Positions 47,019-59,000 of a stretch of 64,000 nucleotides of DNA are shown in pieces. The notes under the pieces were generated by a model that was not told the DNA's origin, made no database searches, and saw only the letters and a list, made by a program, of their open reading frames with translations. Within the stretch, counting starts at the first letter, position 1. The number at the start of each line of letters is the position of its first letter. Position numbers and translations under genes: made by a program. Location: positions 6,634,001 through 6,698,000 of the forward strand of contig OZ176053.1 in the NCBI GenBank assembly GCA_964247055.1, read 5' to 3'. The stretch is from Paragordius varius. Taxonomy: Eukaryota; Animalia; Nematomorpha.

Positions 47019-50000
47019 ATGCATGTTTTAATTAATATTTTTTATGATATCCTGGTTATTTTGTGTTCTGTTGGTAGCGCGAATTCCTTTTCAAACGATT
47101 TACCCAATGACATTCCGTTGATCCCTAATTTTAATCCTGAGACTCAGGTAACACGCAATTAGGGCTCAATTCGTATTCGAAATAGAGTCAAACCTTTTTT
47201 ATGCAACTTATTTTAATAGCCATAAAGATTCTCAAAATAAATAAAAGGAGAAATTGGTTGATAAATGTTGTTTTTTGATATATATATATGTGAAAATTTC
47301 AATATTCACGTCTTTTCGATTGTATAATAAGTATATTGTATATTTACTCGGAAAAATGGATAGAAAAATTAAAACTTCGAAAGAATAGGCATTAAATTAC
47401 TGTGAAAAAGCCGTTTTTTTAAAGATATCTCACATTTTACATCGACCAATATCTGTTGATAAATCTAAAATTAGAAATTTTTTAATAAAACATTCTTTGT
47501 CCGGCTAACGCACATAAAACGATTTTTATATTATAATTTATTTAAATTTTATCACATTTAAAAAAACCAGGGAAAATAAGCGAATAACAGAATAAGTAAG
47601 TATATATATTGCGAAAAAGTTATTAATTATTGTAAAATAGCATATGTAAAGAGAATTATTATTGGCGAATAATAGCAAAAAGTGAAAAAAATAACTAGCC
47701 AATTATACTGCCCTTTGTTGTACATGCTATTTGGAAATTAATCACTTTTTAGCAATGTATACTTACTCATACTGTCATATTTCATATGTAATAGAATAAA
47801 ATTGTTCTTTTTTAGTTAATTTCATATATCATAAAGTACTTTATAAGTTGGTATAGTTTTTGGTAGAAAACTAATGGAAATCAGTTTTTATCTAAATAAA
47901 CTATATTAAAAAATTCGGACTTGCATGTTTGAAATATGATATAAAGTTTAATAAATAAATTGTATATTTTATAATTATACTATTATGGAGTGCTATATAT
48001 TTTCTGATAGAAAAGTGCATCAAAATTATCATGGTTGTTTTGGGCTTTACGAGTAATTAAAAAGGTCTAATCACTTTTGGGAATTTTGAAAAATTCAAAT
48101 CGCAAAATTAGCATAAACCTAGATTAAGTTTTTTGGTGAAAGCTAGAAGTTTATTCCAAAAAATATCATTAAAAATCATAAACTATAATTAGGCAAAAGA
48201 ATAATTTATAAAATTTTAATTTTTTGATTGTCCGATCCCAATTTTCAATTGGCTTCTTTAATAATGTAAAAATAGTGAAAATTCCGAGATTGCACATATG
48301 CTAGATTATGACATCAAAAATAATAATAATGAAAAATGCAAACTTCGTTTTGAGTAAGAATTTATGGTGTTTTGGATATTGGTGAAAACGGTGTAAAAAC
48401 ATTTTAAGGTATTGTAAAATACAATTTCTTTAAAATTTGATGATGCCAAACATTCTATCAACTTAGAATTTTGAATGAAGGATGTATTTGTCTATAAAAT
48501 TATGTTAAATATAAAATATGACTTTTACATAAGTTTTCTCAATGTATACGAACCTTCTACTCAACATTCTGAAGTAATAGAAATGTTCAGCCTCGTCTAA
48601 ATAGAAAAAGTATATTAATAATATCTTATTGCTACCGTTTTCACCAATATACAAAACACCGTAGAATACGCTAACACAAAATTTTGCTAAAAAAAACTTT
48701 TGAAACAAAATGTGCATTTTTTCGAAAATAATTTATTTTATATTTAAATCTAGATAGTCTAATATTATAACCTGCAATCTCAGCTTAGAAAACAAGCCCA
48801 TTTTGAAAGAGGCTAAATATATAAAACTTCCGGACCCCAAATAAAATCTAAAATTTATTAAAAAATGTTATGTATAATAACTTATTTGTTTTTGTTAACT
48901 TAACTCAATTAATCTTATTTTAGTTACCATTGAAAATATAATTTGTGCATAATACACCTTTATACTTGTTACGCTAAAAATGTATATTATCTTGGTTGTG
49001 AATGCTTTTACCTAAATAATGTAATATTGAACCTTATGCAAATATATAACTTGTGAATGCTTTCATCTAAATATTGAAATATTTAACCTTATGCAAAAAT
49101 GCAACCTCGCTCTAAAACTATATATAATGGAACATAGTTTTTTTATGATATAAAATAAATTCCTTTTTTCCACTTATTACATTTGACGCGGTCGATTTTT
49201 GTTTTTTGTATTACGTTGTATTCATTATTATGGAAAAAATAAGTATTGAAAGTTATAAAATCAATAATAATTTTACGGAATATATTAAATATTTACGAAG
49301 AAATTTAGTAATTAAAGGAATACAGGATAATAATGAAAATATTAAAGCCATCTTTCTTGCCCAATCCGGTATTGATAACATTTCTAAAATGGAACAATTC
49401 TTTTACCCCGTTAATATTGAAAACATATCTTGGGAGGAGATTTATGAAGCTGGGGTGAAAATATTTCAGCCAACCAAAAATACTTTTTTATCCCGATTCG
49501 AATTTTTTAGAGCGGAACGATTAGCGGGTGAAGGATTCTTGGAATTTTTTATAAGACTCAAAAATATGGCCGCTGCATGCGAATTCAAAGGAAACGTTGA
49601 CGAATTAATACGGGACGTGTTTATATGTGGGTTGAAGGAGAAAAAACTAGAGACTGAACTGCTGAACAGGTACCCAAAGGCATTAGACAACGACATACCA
49701 GTGGGATTAAATAAGGTTCTAAATCTGGCATTAGCGTATGAAAATTCTCACCTGGAAGGGAACTCAGTGAGAGCAATATATAATAATGAAAGTATTAATA
49801 ATGGTAATAATAATGGTATTACTAATGGTAATAATAATGAAACTTTTAATGATGGTAGTATTAATAATAATGAAATATATCTGGTAAGACGCAAACCTGT
49901 CGTAAAATCGTGTTTTAAATGCGGTCGCGCCCACAAATACGGATGCTGCCCAGCGTTTGGGAAGGTATGTTTCAAATGTCAGGGTAGAAATCATTTCGGA

Positions 50001-53000
50001 AGCCAATGCCAAAACAAATATGCTGGCAATAACAGGTATGTGAATAATATCGTAAATAAACCTAAAATAAATGTAAAAATAAACTCAACCCACGTCGAAA
50101 TGTTATTCGACACGGGGGCCGACATATCTTTAATAAATTTTAGCACGTGGGTTAAAATAGGAAAGCCTAAAATAAAACCCATTTATTTTAACATAAACAC
50201 TTATGATAATAATCCTTTACACATAATAGGAGAGACAACTGTAACTCTTGAATTAAATAAATTAAAAAAGATAACAAAATGCTTTATTACGAAGAGACAT
50301 CTTCCTCTAATATTTGGCATGGATTGGATCCAGCTATTCAATATCTCATTGCCTAACGAATTATATATTAATAAATTATATCACACAAATGATATTTACA
50401 ATAAATTTAAGTCTTTATTTGATAACAAATTGGGTTGTTGGAAAGGAGAACCCATAAAGATATTTTTAGAAAACAATAGTAGGGGACGGGTATTTCCGGC
50501 TAGAAGGGTTCCCTTGGCCTTACAAGAGAAATTAAGTGAAGAGATCAAAAGGCTAGTATCCTTAAAAATTATTGAACCAGTAGACCCCAAGCAATCTAAA
50601 ATTTGTTGGTCCAGTCCTATAGTAAACGTATTAAAGTCAAATAATGAATTAAGAATATGCGCAGATTTTAAAGTGTCCATAAACAAATACATTAAAACAC
50701 CTCAATATATAATACCCACATTTGATGATTTGATTTCCAAAATTTCACATGGTAAGACGTTTTCAACATTAGATTTAAAAGATGCTTATCTTCAGATTCC
50801 AGTGCATCCGGAATCTCAAAATCTTCTCACAATATCCACACCTCTTGGGTTTTTTAAATATACTAGGCTCCCTTTTGGTCTGTCGTGCGCACCTAGTTTT
50901 TTCCAACAAATCATGGATGAGCTATTAGGAGATTGTAAGGGAACAGCGGTCTATTTAGATGATGTAATTGTTACGGGGGAAACGGATGAGGAGCATTATA
51001 GAAACCTAACACAAGTATTTGAAAGATTAGAACGAATGGGTCTTAAATTAAAAAAAGATAAAATAAAGCTTTTTCAACAGGAAGTAGAATATTTGGGGTT
51101 TACTATATCAGAAAAAAGTATAAAACCAGCGTGCAGTAAGATTAAAGCCATTCGCGAGTGTCCAGCCCCTAAAGATAAAACAAGTCTCCGTTCGTTTTTG
51201 GGCCTTTTAAACTTTCATTCACGATTTATACCTTCTCTAAATACAATTGTTAACGAACTCCATCAGCTAGCTGGTTCCAAAAAGAAATGGTGTTGGACCG
51301 AGGTACACCAAAATATTTTTGAAAGGGCGAAGCTATTAATAGGGAATAACAGCCGCCTCTTCCCTTTTAACCCCAGACTTCCCCTTATTCTAGAAACGGA
51401 TGCATCTGGGGAGGGGTTTGGGGCCATTTTGTCGCACAGAACGTCGGAAGGTAAACGACCCATTGCATATTTTTCAAAAAAATGTTCCCCGGCAGAAAAA
51501 AATTATTCGGTTATAGAAAAAGAGGCAAAAGCCATTGTATTGGCCCTAGAGAAATTTAAAACATTTTTATATGGCAGAAAATTTGAGATTAGAACAGATC
51601 ATAAACCTCTTATCAAATTATTCGGGCAGCAACGTGTATTAAGCGAGCTAAACAATAGTAAATTGCTAAGATGGATTTCAAAAACATCCATTTTCGACTT
51701 CAACATAATGTACTACCCAGGAACCGAAAATCTAGCAGATTCACTATCAAGACTACCAACTGAGATAACTGAAGAATGTGACAATGACGAGGATATAGCG
51801 CAGGAGGTCCGGTTGCTATGGTGTCAGGAGTTAAACTTAAACAAGGAGAGGGTGCTTAAGGAAACTATGAGCGATGAGACGTGTAAACAGATTAAAGCAG
51901 CACGAAAGACTAATGATTGGTCTCATCCGGGGGTGCAGTCCTATAAACCACTGAGGAATGATATCGAAGAATCATACGGCCTTCTATATTTAGGTGACCG
52001 CCTTATTGTGCCTCAAAGCATGAGGGTTGATGTTCTTAACTATCTTCATAAAGGTCACCCGGGTATACAGTCCATGAAAGCGTTAGGTAAGAGTGGTGTG
52101 TTTTGGCCGAATATGAACCAGGAAATCGAAAAATGGGTGCAAGGCTGCTCAAATTGTCAAAAGTCACGGTTTAACATTGCAGTAAGCCCGACGTATAAAT
52201 GGAACCCGAACACCACCGTTTGGGAGCGATTGCATCTCGATATAGCGGGGCCCGTAGATAACCTTTACTGGGTCATACTTATAGATCACTGCACCCGTTG
52301 GGTGGAAGTAGCACAGCTTAAAACAGTGAACTCGATCAGTATTTTGAAAGTTTTAGAAGGTTGGTTTGCACGATATGGCACCCCAGAGATGATCGTAACT
52401 GATAATGCGTCGTATTTTAAGTCCGGTGATTTTGAAAGAATATTAAGTTCCTCTAATATCAAGCATGTAACCTCTGCGCCATACCACCCTCGGACAAATG
52501 GTTTAGTGGAAAGGGTCATTCAAACATTGAAAACGCACTATTATATGTGTTCTGAAGTAGCAGATCCAGAACGCCGGTTAAACCAGGTACTGTGGGCTTA
52601 CAGATCAGCACATCACAATGGTATAAATGAGACACCTGCACGACTATTCCTAAAACGAAATATACCGACTCCGCTGTCTTGGATGAAAGGCAAACCAAAG
52701 GATTATATCGATGGTACCTCAGATATTATACGTGAGTTCGTTCCAGGTGAGAAAGTGTTTATAAAAAATGAGTTGGAAGCCGGTTGGCGAGAGGGAAAAG
52801 TTGTAGAGCGGACTGGATTATTGTCCTACAATATCGAAGATAGAGGTAGGGTTTTACGAAAGCATACGGATCAATTAAGAAGGCGAAAAGAAGGTCCCGA
52901 TGAACTTAAGCTAGACGACCCGAAAGAATTGGATAAGCTAGACGACCCGAAAGAATTGGAATCGGAACAACAGAATAATAATGATAATATCATAGCCACC

Positions 53001-56000
53001 CCATTGCATGGTCCTCCTATTGATGACAATATTAATAATGATGATACCAATCCTTCCCCGGATATTTGTCAAGATTTCCACAATAATCAGCAAAGTCCCA
53101 ACGGCGATAAGATTGCAGAACCCCCAAGCTTTGAAGTACCAGTGGAGAGACGCTATCCTACCAGAAACCGAAAAGCCCCTGACAGATACACAAATCACTT
53201 TTAAATTAGATAGGAGATATGTTATGTATAATAACTTATTTGTTTTTGTTAACTTAACTCAATTAATCTTATTTTAGTTACCATTGAAAATATAATTTGT
53301 GCATAATACACCTTTATACTTGTTACGCTAAAAATGTATATTATCTTGGTTGTGAATGCTTTTACCTAAATAATGTAATATTGAACCTTATGCAAATATA
53401 TAACTTGTGAATGCTTTCATCTAAATATTGAAATATTTAACCTTATGCAAAAATGCAACCTCGCTCTAAAACTATATATAATGGAACATAGTTTTTTTAT
53501 GATATAAAATAAATTCCTTTTTTCCACTTATTACAAAAAATAATCTTTATTATTTATATATAGTTTATAATATATTTTAATGATAATTTTTATAATGCGC
53601 AAATTTTGCGATTTTACGATATGGAACAATTACCATAATGGAAATAATTTTAAGTAATGCACCATGAGAACTCTGACAAATTTTTTCAGAATATATATTG
53701 TTCATCAGGATATTTTTCTATATCCTCCAATTTTGTGCAATATGTAGTTTCAAACGATAAAATTTTGATTTTTACTCATCTTAATTAAATAAGTAGCAAT
53801 AAAAGATTAGTAAATCAATGCAAAACATTATAAATAAATAAATTATTTTATGGCTGTCATTATATCAAAATCATATTCAATAAGAAATTTGTGTATGGAC
53901 AAAAAGTATATAATTAAATTGCAAATGCAAAGTAGTCATTTTTTGACATAAAAAACGAAGAATTCCCAACCACAAAAAATATATACTATATTTTAATTAT
54001 TTTTTTTGCCTTTTACAAAATTATATTAAAACTTTTTATTAGATAACTTTGAATTCGACGAAGTCTCAAAACCCGAATTCGATACACACAAATGGTAACT
54101 ATCAATGAATAATTTTATTTGTGTTTTAAAAAAAAATTATCTTTACAAAAAAAAGACTTACCTATTATCTAATTCAAGCCTCAAATATTGCCAAAAAAAA
54201 ATTGAAATAATAACATGGTAAGGTTATAATTTGTAAGATAAATATGTCTTTTTCTAAAATATTCGTAGAAATTTTCAAAAATTAGAATGAATGACGAAAC
54301 TGATTATGTTGATTATTTTAATATTAAAGAAATGTTAAAATGAATGCTAAAAATAGATTATCGTCAAATCCTATTTTGATTAAAAAATGATTACTGTTCG
54401 CAAAAACGCCGGGTTCTTCCAATAAATGATCAGCTATTCAATAATCTCAGTAATGCCCTTACTATTTATTGTAACCAATCATGTCTGAGATTATATTATA
54501 ATATATTTACATAAATATGTTTTGTATGATTTGATACAGTTGTCCAACACGCGGCCCTCCGAGATAGTGAGCGACCCGCGAAAAATTCGAAAAATTACCA
54601 AAAACCTAAATTCTATAATATGCAAAAATAATTTCAAAATCCTGATAAAATTAATAGTTCAACAAATTTTCTATAAGTTTCCAAATTTTAGCAATAAACT
54701 AGCAATAATTTGTTAAATAAATACTAGTCTCGTATTATTTACAGTCGATGCTTAAACTTTACAAATATATATATAAAATCTCATAAATTTTTTGAATACA
54801 GACCGCGAATCCTGTGTTAAACACATTCTTATCATTATTATCCTTATATAAATACTGTAGAAACCGTTAAAGAAGAATCTTAGTTAAATTTATTTATAAG
54901 ACTGTATATTGTTAGTTCTCGCTTTGCCTCCATGTTCTCTCTTTTTTAATTTATAGAGCTGTCTATGATTTTGCCATATAGTTGAATGGGTTTTCAAGTT
55001 TTGTAATTTTTCAGATATTAATAAACTTTGTGCTACCGCAAATATGTCTGTATTGTTTTGTCTATTAGAACACTTATTTTTCAAACCATAATTATTTTAT
55101 TAGTTTCAAAATGATTTGCCTAAAGTGCGTAAATTATTATGGGTATCGCCAAATCTCTTATCACACATTTTAAATTATCAACTAAGTGTTTCTAAAATCA
55201 AAGAAAACGGTTAAAACTATACCTTAAATATTTGTACTTTTTACCTTTTAAAGATCAATGAAATACCTATCAAAGTTTTCATTCTGTTTTTTGCTTTCAT
55301 AATGTCAATTTACCATTAGGAGTATATATCAGAGTAAAATTATATTTGCACACTATGTAAGAAAGTTCATCTCTTTCTATTATGTTAGGTAAAGCACCTT
55401 GACATAATTAATACTAAATTTTTGGTTTCGTTTAGGATAATTATGTATTTGATATATATTTAATATACTTTAACTTTGTAGTAAAGAAAACTCAAAAAAG
55501 AAAGTCTCAACATCCAAAGTTTTATATTGAAGCACGAATATATAAAGAATCTTCTGATGATTATCTAACTATGGAACAATTGGAAACCTATGTAATTTTT
55601 AGCGGGTTGATTTTTTTCGAAATTATTTTATTTTGACATAAATTTTTCATGATAACTTAATATGTTGGAATATTGAGTTTTATTTAAATAAAAAGGACAT
55701 ATTTTTTAAACCTTAGTTTTTTGATAAAACCTATCGTTTTGGGTTGCTAAATATGGAAGATATGCAAATCTGTAATAGTAATCAATACGTTATATGAAAA
55801 AATAAGGTGAAAATATTATTTAGCTATCTTTTTATATTTGTCTTCTATTACCTTTTGTCTTTTATAATATTATTTTTTATTATAAAACTAATTATCAGTT
55901 TTTTAAAAATTCAATAAATACATTTTATGTTTTGATTATTGATATTTTAAAATGTCAATATCTTCTATTTTTACTTTATATTTATATTTTATAACCTTAT

Positions 56001-59000
56001 TAGGTTAATGCTTTCATCAGACATCCCAGCATTGATAATGATATCAGTTTTGTTATAGTTGGTCATGAACCTTATGTAATTTTTTATTTTTAAAATTTGT
56101 ATTGTATATAATTTAAATTTAACGAATTTTGAGGGTCATTTTAAAGATAATTGCATTACACTTCTTGCACCAGTAACACAAACAGTGTGCGCGAAATCGG
56201 AAGTCATAATATATATATATTGATGAAATATTTATCCTCATAACTTTAGTTTAAGGCTTACTACTCTTTTATGGTAATTGCTTCTTATAGATTGAAAAGC
56301 ATTGGCGCACATTTTGTTATATAAACTTATTTGGTGGAAAAATGCTTCGTTCCTAAATCTTTTTAACAACACTATATTATATTTTAAGTTTTCTATGTGC
56401 GATCTCTGAAAGTGGTGGGCTAGATCAGGACTTGAATTTAAATTGTTCGAGGATGAATTTGAACTGTTCAAGGGCATTTAAAGTGTAAACGGTATATTAT
56501 GAACAATGCTAATAACGGTATCGAAACGCCTTAAGATCCGAATCTCAAAACTTCTTGCCGGCATTTTTTAAGAATCTTTTAAAACGGTTATTTGTTTATT
56601 GTGGTTAAATGTTAAAATACTTTACAAATTCAAGAGCACCAAATTTTGTATTGAATTTTAAATCACCTGCTAGTTCAGGACTGTAAAAATCTAAGCTTTT
56701 TTTCTCTTACTACAGGATACAAGTATTTGATATAAAAAACCAAAATCACTTTCCGAACAAAACTATTTAAACTCTGGGCTACAATTATGAAATGTAATCG
56801 TCTCAGTGAAAATGTAATAAGTTGTTAAATCACACTTAAAAATTTAAAAATGCAACATAAAAAATAAAAAACTATGCCAAAATCTATCTCAAATATGAGT
56901 TAACTTAGTTGAGAACCACATAATATATTTTGAGTGAAATTTGTGATTTTGATTTAAATTCGGGGTATAAATAGATTGCGATTAAAATATACTATTTTAA
57001 ATGCGCTATATAGCCCTTGGTAAAACGTTCGTATTGTTAGAAATAATATAATCTCCTTTTGGCTTATACTCATAAAATGTCATTGTTATATCCTGCTTTA
57101 TTTATCATCAAAAAAGCATTTGATTGTTGATGTAAACTTTAGATTGGCCGAGAGAACGTTTCAATAGGCTTTTTTTGGCTGGGTGGTATTTTTGATTCTC
57201 GGCTCTTTTGCGCTTACAAATATGCCCTTTGTAGGCAGTTTAAAAAGGTTGAGGGCAAATATAATTTTGATGACTAATTTAACGCGTAATATTTAATTGC
57301 AACAAAATAATAAAAATATTCTAATATTTTAGCCTTATGCGATAGATAGTTCTTTAAACCATTCCACTCAACTATCACAGTTTTGTAGAAATACGCAATA
57401 CTCACGGCGCGCGGGAAGGGAAGATGTATCAATTTTGATGTCAAAGTTTATAATATGTATTATCAAGATTAAATTTAAAAGTAAACTAACTAAGTTTGTT
57501 GAAATTTATCGTTTTTCGGCGTATTAACAGGGTTAATTGCTATTAAGTTTATTATTTTGCGAAGCTCGGAAATTAAGTTGTTATCTAAAATATATATTAA
57601 TAATTTTTATTATAACAATCCGGCGGTTTATAGTTGTGAATACGAACCTTCAAACAAAAATATAAAAAATCAATTTTTTTATATTTTAATCATGGACTAT
57701 AATGTGTCAATTAGTTATTGTAATTTTTGTTTATTGCTGCAAAATTTGGAAAGATATATTATTTGCGTAGATTTTTAAAATTGCAGTTATATTTTATAAA
57801 TAATAATTTTTATTTTAAAAAATTATAGTACTTTCCGAAATATAAGAGTGTGGTATATATTAACAATAAACGAGTTTATTTAACCCTTTACTTAACAATA
57901 AATGGTGTTAATATATGAAATAGATATAATTGAATTAATTATCATTAAAAAAATCAGTAAATTTTTAAAGGGCCATGCGGTCCCCGGGCCACGTGTTGAA
58001 CACTCCTCTCATATATATTTTTTAAATATTTATATTTGATATCGCTCTATGACAATTTTAAATTAAATATCAACAATAATTTAAAATTGATTATTATATA
58101 GTAAATGGCGGGAACATTCAACACTTGGTAAGTTTTTAATATACATATTATATTTTGCAGTTAAAATATAAGGAAATTTTTAAAATAGTACTATAAAGTC
58201 TAGCAAATAGCTTATTTTAATTACTATATACTATATTTGGGCATCAAATTAAAAAATGTCAGAGAGCGGCTCATATCATCTTTTTCGAAATTATATCCCC
58301 AACTATTACAAAATAAAGTTTTAAGCATGGTTAAAATTGTAAAATGTTGGTTAAGCAAGTTGCTAGAAATCGTATGATCATAACACTATCATCTTGTAAA
58401 AATAATTATTTGAAAATTTTTCATAACTATAAACTAAATAGCCTATAATCACCATGCACTCTTAAAATTCAAATAAGGTCTTGCTTATTATATCATAAAT
58501 TTATTAAGTTAAGTGTACCTTTTAAACTTATTAGTTTGTGAGTATTTTGGAGTTCTCGTAATATTGCGTCCAAAATCGAGAGGTATAAAGTTGATAAAAC
58601 ATATATATGATAAATAAATGTATCTGCTCATGATGCTTACTTTAAAAGCTTACGATTATAATAATGTATTACTTTTGTGGCAGTCTCGATATCGCTAAAT
58701 CGCAAAATTAGCGCCCAAGTGTTTTATAAAATTTTGGTAGAAATTAAATGCTTTATTCCAAAAAATCAAATCATATGATATACCATATTCAAAAGGCTAA
58801 ACATAAAAAATCTTTAGATGTGGGCTCAAGAAGTCATTTTTTTCGCCCTTCTAAAATGGGCTAGTTCTCTTAATATAAAGCATAAATGCCGAGATTTCGT
58901 AATAACTTTTTTTATAATATGCTAGATTATGGCATCAAAAAATATATTTTTAATAAAATGCCTTTGTTCAAAATTAAATTTTTAGCAAAATGTTAAAGTG

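Larger units (their letters stand above)
48866..53535 (+). mobile_element. Intact Ty3/gypsy LTR retrotransposon (Mag-like lineage), 4670 bp
   Basis: TG...CA LTRs, 5-bp TSD AAAAA (48861-65 and 53536-40), single gag-pol ORF, purine tract agataggagata before the 3' LTR. Confidence 0.97.

Noticed and set aside
45533-48717. ORFs 45533-45763 and 48505-48717
   Set aside because: Inside non-coding MITE repeats, with low-complexity AT-driven composition.
49466-53277. Short ORFs antisense to or overlapping gag-pol (49466, 49748, 49764, 49991, 50396, 51263, 52286, 52516, 52938, 53008)
   Set aside because: Shadow frames of a long coding sequence with no motifs of their own.
57143-57177. Possible protease exon IGRENVSIGFF(C) that would give FFC|KWRE with the 58102 micro-exon
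   Set aside because: Phases fit, but it needs a GC donor in a poor context (TG|GCTGGG); not supportable without cDNA.
57400-58010. Isolated transposon-end-like words (cagggttaa about 57528, ttaacccttt about 57850, hAT-like end about 57970-58010, and 54537-54580)
   Set aside because: Ends could not be paired and no TSD was found, so no element was called.
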